A DNA stretch of 24,898 nt, taken from the IMG/VR virus record IMGVR_UViG_2778261506_000001, positions 1 through 24,898 of that record. One strand, written 5' to 3'. Every line of letters begins with the position of its first letter. Within the stretch, counting starts at the first letter, position 1. The DNA comes from a virus. Lineage: Duplodnaviria; Heunggongvirae; Uroviricota; Caudoviricetes. The notes beneath the pieces were generated by a model, which made no database searches, was not told the DNA's origin, and saw nothing but the letters and a program-made list of their open reading frames with translations. Below, piece by piece: positions 9,630 through 21,769 of the stretch. The position numbers were made by a program, and so were the translations under genes.

Positions 9630-10037
9630 TTATACCGGTAAAGCTTCAGGTGTATTAAGTAATTCTTTATTGGTATCAGATGCCAGGTTACCTGCAGCCA
9701 GCGGTGCCGGTGTACCCTGCATCAGACGATCCAGCGCAGTGTCACTGCGCGCCTGTGCACTCTGTGGTGCTGCAGCCAGAATGCGGCGGGCCGTTTCCAC
9801 GGTCATTCCGGGGGTTTCTGCCAGAACGCGCGCCTGTTCTTCGCGTCCGTGAGCCTCCTCACAGTTGAGGATCCCCATAATGCGGCTGTTTTCTGCCGCA
9901 ACCGCAGCGGTGATCTGCGCGTTCACGTCCGGCTGCGCCGCGCTGGCGTTTTCGCCCTCCGTCGCTGGCACCACGTCAGTAACGTCAGCCTGCGAAGCAG
10001 TGGCTGAAACAGTTGTTGATTGAGTCTCTTTGGTCAT
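9630..10037 (-). CDS. Nu3: scaffolding protein Nu3, nested in-frame in the 3' part of C
   Basis: internal ATG at 10037 gives MTKETQSTTVSATASQADVTDVVPATEGENASAAQPDVNAQITAAVAAENSRIMGILNCEEAHGREEQARVLAETPG..., 135 aa; lambda Nu3-like. Confidence 0.8.
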   Translation of the reverse strand: MTKETQSTTVSATASQADVTDVVPATEGENASAAQPDVNAQITAAVAAENSRIMGILNCEEAHGREEQARVLAETPGMTVETARRILAAAPQSAQARSDTALDRLMQGTPAPLAAGNLASDTNKELLNTPEALPV

Positions 10038-10941
10038 TCGCCCTCCTGAGAGACGGGATTTACGTGCATCCAGTGCATCACGCATAACGGTGATCGCATC
10101 GGTGCTGTTGACAAGTTCATCAGCCAGTCCGGCATCAATGGCCTCCTGACCGCTGTACACTGCAGCCTCGGTATCCAGCACAGCCTGCACGGACAGGCCG
10201 GTATATGCCGACACCTTCTGCGCAAACATCCGGCGGGTTGCATCCATCCGGGACTGCAGTGTCTCCCGGACGTCATCCGGAAGATGGCTGTAGGGGTTGC
10301 CATCCACCTTATGGCTGCCGCTGTAAATCAGCGTGATTTCCACGCCCTGTTTCTCCAGCGCAGCACCGTAATTACTGTGAGCCATCATGACGCCGATGGA
10401 GCCTGTCCGGGCGGTCTGCGTGACCAGACGCCGGGAGGCGGCGCTGGCAAGCAGCTGACCTGCACTGCAGTTCATGTCGTTGGCCAGCGCCCATACCGGT
10501 TTTATGTCTCGCACACGGGCGATGATGTCAGCACAGTCAAATGCTCCCGCCACCATCCCGCCCGGTGTGTCCATATCGAGCAGAATGCCGTCCACCATCG
10601 GATCGCTGGCAGCCTGTTGCAGACGGGCGATAATGCCGTTGTAACCGGTCATTCCCGAATACGGCTGCAGCGCCCGCGTCCGGCTGACCAGCGTACCGGA
10701 CACCGGCAGCACGGCGATGCCGTTCATGACCTGATAACTGCGGGCCTGTCGTGGTCCGTCATCATCACCGGATAACGCCAGCGCCGCGGGTGCCTCTCCG
10801 GCAGTCAGGCTGTCGCCGGACACCGCATCCGTCAGGCGACTGATCCCAAGCTGGCCTGCAAGCGCACAAAAGAAAACCCGCGCATAGGCGGGTTCAAGCA
10901 TCAGCGGCTCATTAAAAGCCATGCTGGCAATATGCGGGAGA

Positions 10942-10961
<20 letters not shown>
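9630..10961 (-). CDS. C: head maturation protease / scaffold C (ClpP-like S49 fold)
   Basis: Start placed at GTG 10961 (VTAELRNLPHIASMAFNEPLMLEPAYARVFF...), reproducing the 20-nt B/C overlap of lambda; track ORF starts further upstream inside B. Confidence 0.88.
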
Positions 10962-14642
<3,681 letters not shown>

Positions 14643-14668
<26 letters not shown>

Positions 14669-15188
14669 TCAGCAACCCCGGTATCAGTTCATCCAGCGCG
14701 GCTGCTTTGTTCATGGCTTTGATGATATCCCGTTTCAGGAAATCAACATGTCGGTTTTCCAGTTCCGGAAAACGCCGCTGCACCGACAGGGGGAGCCCGT
14801 CGAGAATACTGGCAATTTCACCTGCGATCCGCGACAACACGAAAGTACAGAATGCGGTTTCCACCACTTCAGCGGAGTCTCTGGCATTCTTCAGTTCCTG
14901 TGCGTCGGCCTGCGCACGCGTAAGTCGATGGCGTTCGTACTCAATAGTTCCTGGCTGGAGATCTGCCTCGCTGGCCTGCCGCAGTTCTTCAACCTCCCGG
15001 CGCAGCTTTTCGTTCTCAATTTCAGCATCCCTTTCGGCATACCATTTTATGACGGCGGCAGAGTCATAAAGCACCTCATTACCCTTGCCACCGCCTCGCA
15101 GAACGGGCATTCCCTGTTCCTGCCAGTTCTGAATGGTACGGATACTCGCACCGAAAATGTCAGCCAGCTGCTTTTTGTTGACTTCCAT
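14643..15188 (-). CDS. Nu1: terminase small subunit Nu1
   Basis: 181 aa, MEVNKKQLADIFGASIRTIQNWQEQGMPVLRGGGKGNEVLYDSAAVIKWYAERDAE...; winged-HTH N-terminus; lambda Nu1. Confidence 0.95.
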
Positions 15189-15199
15189 TGTTCATTCCA

Positions 15200-15365
15200 C
15201 GGACAAAAACAGAGAAAGGAAACGACAGAGGCCAAAAAGCCCGTTTTCAGCACCTGTCGTTTCCTTTCTTTTCAGGGGGTATTTTAAATAAAAACATTAA
15301 GTTACGACGAAGAAGAACGGAAACACCTTAAACCGGAAAATTTTCATAAATAGCGAAAACCCGCG
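15200..15365 (-). promoter_or_regulatory. cosB: terminase (Nu1) binding elements R1, R2, R3 with an A/T-rich IHF-type spacer
   Basis: three copies of the GGAAACG/CGTTTCC core at about 15216-15228, 15254-15266 (inverted) and 15316-15326, with A/T-rich tract 15281-15300 between R2 and R3; between Nu1 start and cosN as in lambda. Confidence 0.65.
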
Positions 15366-15377
15366 AGGTCGCCGCCC
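15366..15377 (-). other. cosN 12-nt cohesive-end sequence (virion chromosome ends)
   Basis: plus-strand aggtcgccgccc = reverse complement of GGGCGGCGACCT, the lambda 5' cohesive end; flanking sequence matches my recollection of both lambda chromosome ends. Confidence 0.88.
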
Positions 15378-15576
15378 CGTAACCTGTCGGATCACCGGAA
15401 AGGACCCGCAAAATGATAATAATTATCATCTGCATGTCACAACGTGCATCTACGCCATCAAACCACGTCAAATAATCAATTATGACGCAGGTATCGTATT
15501 AATTGATCTGCATCAACTTAACGTAAAAACAACTTCAGACAATACAAATCAGCGACACTGAATACGGGACAACCTC

Positions 15577-15810
15577 ATGTCAACGAAGAACAGAACCCGC
15601 AGAACAACAACCCGCAACATCCGCTTTCCTAACCAAATGATTGAACAAATTAACATCGCTCTTGAGCAAAAAGGGTCTGGGAATTTCTCAGCCTGGGTCA
15701 TTGAAGCCTGCCGCCGGAGACTGTGCTCAGAAAAAAGAGTTTCGCCTGAAGCAAACAAAGAAAAGAGTGACATTACTGAATTGCTCAGAAAACAGGTCAG
15801 ACCAGATTGA
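15577..15810 (+). CDS. small basic protein, likely ribbon-helix-helix-like (resembles the conserved lambdoid right-end ORF, YlcI/DUF3950-like); diverged C-terminus
   Basis: 77 aa ORF with ATG start; MSTKNRTRRTTTRNIRFPNQMIEQINIALEQKGSGNFSAWVIEACRRRL...; opposite strand to late genes, adjacent to cos. Confidence 0.55.
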   Translation: MSTKNRTRRTTTRNIRFPNQMIEQINIALEQKGSGNFSAWVIEACRRRLCSEKRVSPEANKEKSDITELLRKQVRPD

Positions 15811-15867
15811 AGCAATTTAGATAATCGTGCAGACTACGCCCCATCATATCACATGGAAGGTACTACA

Positions 15868-16278
15868 ATGGCTCAGGTTGCCATTTTTAAACAAATATTC
15901 GATAAAGTGCGAAATAATTTAAACTATCACTGGTTTTATTCTGAACTAAAACGTCACAATGTCTCACATTACATTTACTATTTAGCCACAGAGAATATTC
16001 ATCTTGTTCTTGAAAACGATAATACGGTTTTAATAAAAGGACAGGGTAAGGTTGTAAATGTAAGATTTTCAAAAAATAAATGCCTTATAGAAGCCACCTT
16101 AAAAGGATTCAAATCAGGAGAGTTATCATTTTACGAATACAGGAAAAATCTTGCTACAGCAGGGGTTTTCAGATGGATTACAAATATCCACGAAAACAAA
16201 AGGTATTACTATACCTTTGATAATTCATTACTATTTACTGAGAACATTCAGAACACTACACAAATATTTCCGCACTAA
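15868..16278 (+). CDS. DUF1398-like protein (YbcV / lambda right-end ORF family)
   Basis: Start placed at ATG 15868 preceded by GGAAGG RBS (136 aa: [18 protein letters not shown]...[24 protein letters not shown]); AT-rich; track ORF starts 5 codons upstream. Confidence 0.65.
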   Translation: MAQVAIFKQIFDKVRNNLNYHWFYSELKRHNVSHYIYYLATENIHLVLENDNTVLIKGQGKVVNVRFSKNKCLIEATLKGFKSGELSFYEYRKNLATAGVFRWITNIHENKRYYYTFDNSLLFTENIQNTTQIFPH

Positions 16279-16286
16279 ATCATAAC

Positions 16287-16315
16287 GTCCGGTTTCTTCC
16301 GCGCCAGAACCGGAC
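16287..16315 (+). other. 8-bp inverted repeat / stem-loop after the DUF1398-like gene
   Basis: GTCCGGTT (16287-16294) and AACCGGAC (16308-16315) with 13-nt loop; no U-run. Confidence 0.3.
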
Positions 16316-16792
16316 TCGCTGGCATGATGAAATATGTGTACCCGGTAACCCCGGTGTGCATCGTTTTTGATTATTCCCGCACACTCACGCAGAAGGAATT
16401 CCCCGTCGGGCTACGGTCATGGTTAATGCGGGAATACGGCGACGATACAGCGCATGATGTGTCAGGCTTGAATACCTTTATCCGTTAAAAGGGATATCAG
16501 TTAAGTTATCCCGTGTAGGGTATAAGCCATTGTCGAGACCACTCATTGAATGGCCTCTGCAATAACCGATGTCTTTCCATCAGTCCGCCACCACAAAGAA
16601 TCTTTTTTGCCTTAAGGCAGGAGCTTCATCTTTCAGTGGCTGCCAGTGTTATTTCCCCACTTACTGGCTTGGGTTGTTTCGTGGTACTGCCGTTAACTGG
16701 TGGCCCAGAATAAATTCCGGTTTCATTATCAAGCCCACCCGTAAATGGGCTTTGTAATGAAGAGTTGTTATGAAAATTGCTCTAAACAAGCA

Positions 16793-17281
16793 TTAATAGC
16801 CATCAGAAGTAATCGCTACAGATTTCAATCCCTCAATGTCATCCTTGGACAGGGCGAACCATTCACCGTGCTTTCTCTTTGCGGCAAATTTGCGATGAAG
16901 CATGTTTTCAGTTTCTCTTCCACCAGGGATCAGGCACTCAAGCTTCAAGCAGTCTGGTCCAGAGTTGCCAAGCGATTTGATGCGTTGTGGAATGTTGGAT
17001 GAATACCCAATTTTGGTTAGCCCAGTTTTCTTCGATGACAAAACGTATACCTGAGGAGGTTCTTTTCTCTGGTCTTCCATTACACGTCTCATTGTTGCCA
17101 TAAGTCCGCCGTGCATCAGCATTTCAACAAAGAACGCTGACCGAACACCTGACGACTTAAGCATGCCAGAAAATTCACTTGCCAATTCCATTAACTCTGC
17201 GATGTTTTCAGGAACTTTTTGGCAGTTATCTTCCTTGTATAAGGAAATCATTCTTTGAAGCTTTTCTTCTAATTGGTTCAT
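16793..17281 (-). CDS. cargo protein with C-terminal T5orf172 (MUG113-like, GIY-YIG-related) domain; N-terminal ~85 aa of unknown function
   Basis: ATG at 17281 with AAAGGTAAAG upstream (162 aa); track start 17317 is GTG (174 aa). C-terminal pattern VYVLSSKKTGLTKIGYS...RIKSL...ETENMLHRKF...KHGEWF; occupies the bor position between Rz and cos. Confidence 0.6.
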   Translation of the reverse strand: MNQLEEKLQRMISLYKEDNCQKVPENIAELMELASEFSGMLKSSGVRSAFFVEMLMHGGLMATMRRVMEDQRKEPPQVYVLSSKKTGLTKIGYSSNIPQRIKSLGNSGPDCLKLECLIPGGRETENMLHRKFAAKRKHGEWFALSKDDIEGLKSVAITSDGY

Positions 17282-17430
17282 AGCGTCTTTACCTTTTAGA
17301 AAGTGAGCCTGTCTCACAGAAAAGCCGCCCCGAGATGGTCGCCACCATATACGGCAGTTCTCAGGCTCAACTTTCTGAAAGGCTCGGGTGATGTAATATG
17401 CGCGTGAGATGCGCTGTGAAATTCAGATGT

Positions 17431-17458
17431 AAAAAAAGCCCCGCATCGCGAGGCTCAT
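17431..17458 (-). terminator. intrinsic terminator after the lysis cassette
   Basis: minus strand AGCCTCGC-GAT-GCGGGGCT followed by TTTTTTT, about 30 nt after the Rz stop. Confidence 0.6.
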
Positions 17459-17486
17459 TAAATGGACTTTGTGATTTGCAAAAAAA

Positions 17487-17945
17487 TTATTTCAGGCATT
17501 GCGTCCTGATGTATTCCTGCAGGTAGTTAACCTGCGCGGTTATCTTGTCGATTCCACTTCGGAGACGGTAATAATTGAGTTCAGCATCTGCTGTAAGTCC
17601 TGGGCTTTCTCCATCGCCCATGCCGCTGGCTCCGGTCGTTGACTTTGCACAGGTGGCGGCGACTTGCAGGCGCTTACGCCCAGCAGAAACATCAGCACGG
17701 AGACTTTCGATAGTCGCGTTAGCATCAGCAAGCTCCTTTGTGTATCTTGCGTCGAGTTCTGCTACATCACGTTGACGCTTCCGCATGTCAGCGATGGTGG
17801 CGTTCGCCTTCTCCAGTTCACTGGCCTTGTTATCGCGCTGCTCTTTGTAGGCGATTGCGTTATCACGGTAATGATTAACAGCCCATGACAGGCAGACGAT
17901 GATGCAGATAACCAGAGCGGAGATAATCGCGGTTACTCTGCTCAT
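17487..17945 (-). CDS. Rz: i-spanin Rz
   Basis: Start placed at ATG 17945 ([38 protein letters not shown]..., ATGA overlap with R stop); N-terminal TM helix and coiled coil; track ORF starts 4 codons upstream. Confidence 0.9.
   Translation of the reverse strand: MSRVTAIISALVICIIVCLSWAVNHYRDNAIAYKEQRDNKASELEKANATIADMRKRQRDVAELDARYTKELADANATIESLRADVSAGRKRLQVAATCAKSTTGASGMGDGESPGLTADAELNYYRLRSGIDKITAQVNYLQEYIRTQCLK
17540..17725 (-). CDS. Rz1: o-spanin Rz1, embedded in Rz in the +1 frame
   Basis: Start placed at ATG 17725 (track start 17731 is TTG); [20 protein letters not shown] with lipobox VSAC, then Pro-rich mature region [13 protein letters not shown]... Confidence 0.75.
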   Translation of the reverse strand: MLTRLSKVSVLMFLLGVSACKSPPPVQSQRPEPAAWAMEKAQDLQQMLNSIITVSEVESTR

Positions 17946-18439
17946 TGTTTCCCCCACAAACAGATTTCACGCTCAATCTCACGACGAGTCATGAGACCTT
18001 TCCATTGCTTACCGCCAGCATATGTCCAGCGACGTAGCTGATCACATGCGCCTTTGATATCGCCCTGGTTTATTTTGCGAAGAAGCGTCGATGTTCTGAA
18101 ATTGCCAGCACCCACGTTGTAAACGAATGAGTAAAGAGCGCCGCGCGTTGTTTCCGGTATATCGACTTCGATGTACGGGTTAATTTGTCTGGCGACAGTG
18201 GCAAGGTCTTTATTCAAGAGTGCTTTGCATTCTGCTTTGGTATACGTTTTACCGAGCATGATGTCTTTTCCTGTATGCCCGTGACATACAGTCCATACAC
18301 CAACAATATCTTTGTATGGTATGTAGCTGACACCTTCCAGACCATCGTTACCACTTGGGCCAGTGATTAACACTGATGCTATAGCAATTGCTCCGCCACC
18401 AATAGCAGCAGCAACGGCTTTTCGTAATGATGGAGGCAT
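17942..18439 (-). CDS. R: SAR endolysin (phage-21 R type lysozyme)
   Basis: 165 aa; N-terminal Gly/Ala-rich weakly hydrophobic SAR segment [20 protein letters not shown]; lysozyme-like body; matches remembered R21. Confidence 0.92.
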   Translation of the reverse strand: MPPSLRKAVAAAIGGGAIAIASVLITGPSGNDGLEGVSYIPYKDIVGVWTVCHGHTGKDIMLGKTYTKAECKALLNKDLATVARQINPYIEVDIPETTRGALYSFVYNVGAGNFRTSTLLRKINQGDIKGACDQLRRWTYAGGKQWKGLMTRREIEREICLWGKQ

Positions 18440-18654
18440 TATTCACCTCTCGCAGCCTTGCGCTTATCTTCTTTAATCTTGAAATAAAGGTTTGTCAGGT
18501 ACGTCAGCAGGCCAAATACCAGGCTACCCAGCACACCTATTGCTGCCCACTGTGAGGGCGTGACTTTATCGAGCAGCTGTAAAAACCAGTACCCGGCACT
18601 ACCTGCTGAGGTGCCATAGGCGACACCCGTTGTTAACTTATCCATGGATTTCAT
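18439..18654 (-). CDS. S: pinholin S (phage-21 S type) with dual-start motif
   Basis: 71 aa, [71 protein letters not shown]; Met1/Met4 dual start; two TM segments; GAGGTGGGG RBS. Confidence 0.9.
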
Positions 18655-18769
18655 AACCCCACCTCGCAGACAAAGCGGGTGTAAATTGAGGGAATACTAC
18701 GAAACGTAACAGACTCGGAGTCAGTGAATAACTCAGGTATTGGGTTATCAGCTAATATCGAGACTCAAA

Positions 18770-18800
18770 AAATGGAAAAACCCGCTCGACGGCGGGTTTA
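18770..18800 (-). terminator. intrinsic terminator about 115 nt upstream of S (candidate tR'-like terminator)
   Basis: minus strand AAACCCGC-CGTCGA-GCGGGTTT with the stem running into TTTTTCCATTTTTT. Confidence 0.55.
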
Positions 18801-19226
18801 AGCTGTGTGACGAAGTAACCACTCTTAACAGCATAACCAATTTTTTACGTACGTAAACCACTAAATGATATTTGCGAGAATGCTACCGAGTATTGAAAAC
18901 ACCACTACAAATACATAAGCAAATCTCAACAAATAACCAACAAATAATTTCCAGTGTTATTTTTAGCCGGTTTAAATTGAACCTTCAAATTATAGAGCAC
19001 TTATAAATAACAGCCGTTAATATAAATTGGCTAATAGATTTATTTTTATTCAGCCAAGAGCCATGAATAGGATTCGATAGAAAAAAGTTCAGATAAAAAT
19101 AGAGATCTACTTCACAAATCAAACGAGAAACCAAAACTTACATCTTGAAATAATCACATTGATTAGATGAATATTTATCGCGCAGTGACATCATTTTTTA
19201 ATAATAGTTCAAAAAAAGGGCTCACG

Positions 19227-20324
19227 ATGAAAAAATTAACAGTGGCAATTTCTGCTGTAGCTGCATCAGTACTGATGGCGATGTCTGCTCAGGCAGCTGA
19301 AATTTATAATAAAGACAGTAACAAGCTGGATCTGTACGGGAAAGTTAATGCTAAGCACTACTTCTCCTCTAATGATGCAGATGATGGTGATACTACTTAT
19401 GCCCGTCTTGGCTTCAAAGGTGAAACCCAAATCAACGATCAACTGACTGGTTTCGGTCAGTGGGAATATGAATTCAAAGGCAACCGCGCTGAATCTCAAG
19501 GTTCCTCCAAAGATAAAACCCGTCTTGCCTTCGCTGGCCTGAAATTCGGTGACTACGGCTCCATCGATTACGGCCGTAACTACGGTGTAGCATACGACAT
19601 CGGTGCGTGGACTGACGTCCTGCCAGAATTCGGTGGTGACACTTGGACTCAAACCGACGTGTTCATGACTCAACGTGCAACTGGTGTTGCAACCTATCGT
19701 AACAACGACTTCTTTGGTCTGGTTGATGGTCTGAACTTTGCTGCTCAGTACCAAGGCAAAAACGATCGTAGCGATTTCGATAACTACACTGAAGGTAACG
19801 GTGATGGCTTCGGTTTCTCTGCTACCTATGAATACGAAGGATTCGGTATCGGTGCAACTTATGCGAAATCTGATCGTACCGACACTCAAGTTAATGCAGG
19901 GAAAGTTCTTCCTGAAGTATTTGCTTCCGGTAAAAATGCAGAAGTTTGGGCCGCAGGTCTGAAATATGACGCTAACAACATTTACCTGGCCACTACCTAT
20001 TCTGAAACCCAGAATATGACTGTATTTGCTGATCACTTCGTTGCTAATAAAGCCCAAAACTTCGAAGCTGTTGCACAATATCAGTTCGATTTCGGTCTGC
20101 GTCCGTCCGTTGCTTACCTGCAATCTAAAGGTAAGGATCTTGGAGTATGGGGCGATCAGGACTTAGTCAAATATGTTGATGTAGGTGCAACCTATTACTT
20201 CAACAAAAATATGTCTACTTTCGTTGATTACAAAATCAACCTGCTTGACAAAAATGACTTCACTAAAGCACTCGGTGTAAGCACTGATGACATCGTTGCT
20301 GTAGGTCTGGTTTACCAGTTCTAA
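19227..20324 (+). CDS. nmpC: outer-membrane general porin of OmpC/OmpF family, prophage NmpC/Lc type
   Basis: Start placed at ATG 19227 after AAAGGG RBS (365 aa); signal peptide [23 protein letters not shown] then [17 protein letters not shown]...; C-terminal VYQF; track ORF starts 20 codons upstream. Confidence 0.93.
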   Translation: MKKLTVAISAVAASVLMAMSAQAAEIYNKDSNKLDLYGKVNAKHYFSSNDADDGDTTYARLGFKGETQINDQLTGFGQWEYEFKGNRAESQGSSKDKTRLAFAGLKFGDYGSIDYGRNYGVAYDIGAWTDVLPEFGGDTWTQTDVFMTQRATGVATYRNNDFFGLVDGLNFAAQYQGKNDRSDFDNYTEGNGDGFGFSATYEYEGFGIGATYAKSDRTDTQVNAGKVLPEVFASGKNAEVWAAGLKYDANNIYLATTYSETQNMTVFADHFVANKAQNFEAVAQYQFDFGLRPSVAYLQSKGKDLGVWGDQDLVKYVDVGATYYFNKNMSTFVDYKINLLDKNDFTKALGVSTDDIVAVGLVYQF

Positions 20325-20462
20325 TCTGATTACGAAAAAGATATGTTGCGGGAGGCGTTGCCTCCCCAACATATAAGTGGCTCCCTCAAGCCACTTCCTT
20401 TAGAAGCACAACCTTGCTTCTAACTATATAAACCTTCTGTTATATATTACCCTTTATTTTTG

Positions 20463-20486
20463 GGGGCGTCTCAACGCCCCATTTTT
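20463..20486 (+). terminator. intrinsic terminator downstream of the porin gene
   Basis: GGGGCG-TCTCAA-CGCCCC followed by ATTTTT; last of four consecutive hairpins after the porin stop. Confidence 0.6.
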
Positions 20487-20513
20487 AATAATTTTTAGTA
20501 AACAATTGGCATA

Positions 20514-20897
20514 TTAATTAGAGTTATTAACAACGATATCCATCTCTAACCGGATATCTAATGCCATTAACATCCCTTCAATTATGCCCTCAGCCTTTTG
20601 TAACCTTTTCCCGATATAACCATCAGAGCAGCAATGCTTACCTGCCAGTGACATGAATGTCATACCGACTACATAATAATCTACTAATAAATCGTGCAAA
20701 TCGCTGTTGTTCTTTTTCAGACGGGCCATGCACCCGCAAATGATCATCGCGTCATCGTCACAACATTGCGGGCGAGATTTTACTTTTGAAGGAATTAATC
20801 CCTTAAAACCGGCGGCAATGGACGACCAGGTCACATCTTCATGATTATTAGCCGCCCACGCTCCCCAACGCTCAAGAACCATCTGAATATCACGCAT
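20514..20897 (-). CDS. quuD: late-gene antiterminator Q (DLP12 QuuD / phage-82 Q type)
   Basis: Start placed at ATG 20897 (127 aa: [34 protein letters not shown]...[16 protein letters not shown]...); track start 20912 is TTG. Confidence 0.85.
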   Translation of the reverse strand: MRDIQMVLERWGAWAANNHEDVTWSSIAAGFKGLIPSKVKSRPQCCDDDAMIICGCMARLKKNNSDLHDLLVDYYVVGMTFMSLAGKHCCSDGYIGKRLQKAEGIIEGMLMALDIRLEMDIVVNNSN

Positions 20898-20982
20898 CAA
20901 CTTACTCCACAAAAATCAGACCAGAACGCCAATTACAAGCAAAAATCAACAAAACAGTATTAGTTGATTGTTATCTCTGACT

Positions 20983-21123
20983 TCATACTCCTGCTCCTGT
21001 CAGGGTTTTGGCGTAATTCTTCAGTATTCGGTAATCGGTCAAAACAGAACCGGGGAAACGATATAAGCGCAGATGCCCCCAGCGGTGGCGAAGAAGTTCT
21101 GCCATATAAAACTCAAACATCAT
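20983..21123 (-). CDS. ylcG: small protein YlcG-like (46 aa)
   Basis: hand translation, not in ORF track: [49 protein letters not shown] overlaps rusA stop (ATGA); length matches DLP12 ylcG. Confidence 0.6.
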   Translation of the reverse strand: MMFEFYMAELLRHRWGHLRLYRFPGSVLTDYRILKNYAKTLTGAGV

Positions 21124-21482
21124 TCATTCCCCATTTCGGTGATGGTCAGTTCCAGCCTCCCACCTTTGGTAACAGGCATCTTCACAACGCGGTAATCAAC
21201 GACCTGAGCATCATCCAGCCAGAAACCTGCTTTAGTGAGTGCGTCAAAAGCGGCTTTTTGCAGATTATCCAGGTCACGGCGACGGCGATCCGGCATGTGG
21301 CACTCAATGCGGATTTTCACAGGCATAGCCAGGCCGATATCCAGCATTGCGTTTTTAATGATTCGGGCGACGTTATCGCGGTATGCCTGCCCCTCTGCGC
21401 TGACGTGCGTGCGCCCGCGATTATGGCGGTAATAGCGATTATTGCTCGGAGGCCAGGGTAATGTGATGCTGTAGGTATTCAC
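21120..21482 (-). CDS. rusA: Holliday junction resolvase RusA
   Basis: 120 aa, [74 protein letters not shown]... Confidence 0.93.
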   Translation of the reverse strand: MNTYSITLPWPPSNNRYYRHNRGRTHVSAEGQAYRDNVARIIKNAMLDIGLAMPVKIRIECHMPDRRRRDLDNLQKAAFDALTKAGFWLDDAQVVDYRVVKMPVTKGGRLELTITEMGNE

Positions 21483-21769
21483 GCCTTAATAACCCCCTCT
21501 TTCAGCCAGATAACCTGTGTTCTCGCCATACCTTCCAGCGCGCATTCTTTTGCATATCCAGCGTCAACAAAATGCGTGCGGCGGTCGATTTCGTCGTGGC
21601 AGGCAGAACATGCAATGGTGGCAATCAGGTCTGGCAGTTTCGTACCGGTGCCGCACAATCCAGTCAGCCGGATATGTGCCAGTACAGACGTTTCAGGGTT
21701 GCCATTACATACGCCAGGGATTCTTACCTGGCATTCCCGACCACGCGCTGCTTTTCTCAAATCAGCCAT
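21479..21769 (-). CDS. ybcO: putative zinc-binding nuclease YbcO (DUF1364)
   Basis: Start placed at ATG 21769 (96 aa: [64 protein letters not shown]...); Cys-rich. Confidence 0.85.
   Translation of the reverse strand: MADLRKAARGRECQVRIPGVCNGNPETSVLAHIRLTGLCGTGTKLPDLIATIACSACHDEIDRRTHFVDAGYAKECALEGMARTQVIWLKEGVIKA

Noticed and set aside
10284-10775. 163-aa plus-strand ORF
   Set aside because: Antisense inside C; no start context and no recognisable motifs.
15390-15410. Near-palindrome GATAATAATTATC next to cosN
   Set aside because: Part of the conserved lambda cos flank, not an independent element; insufficient to call a binding site on its own.
16569-17002. 62-aa and 85-aa plus-strand ORFs
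   Set aside because: No RBS; one lies in the junction spacer and the other overlaps the cargo gene antisense; no motifs. The region is kept as a finding for possible non-coding function instead.
19266-20123. 285-aa minus-strand ORF
   Set aside because: Antisense inside the porin gene, whose plus-strand product has signal peptide and porin features; the minus frame is low-complexity.
20400-20513. Possible late promoter immediately downstream of Q
   Set aside because: I could not find a convincing -35/-10 pair on the minus strand here; I consider the TATAAT plus terminator unit nearer S a better candidate, but this alternative is not excluded.
20964-21461. 165-aa plus-strand ORF
   Set aside because: Antisense across ylcG and rusA.
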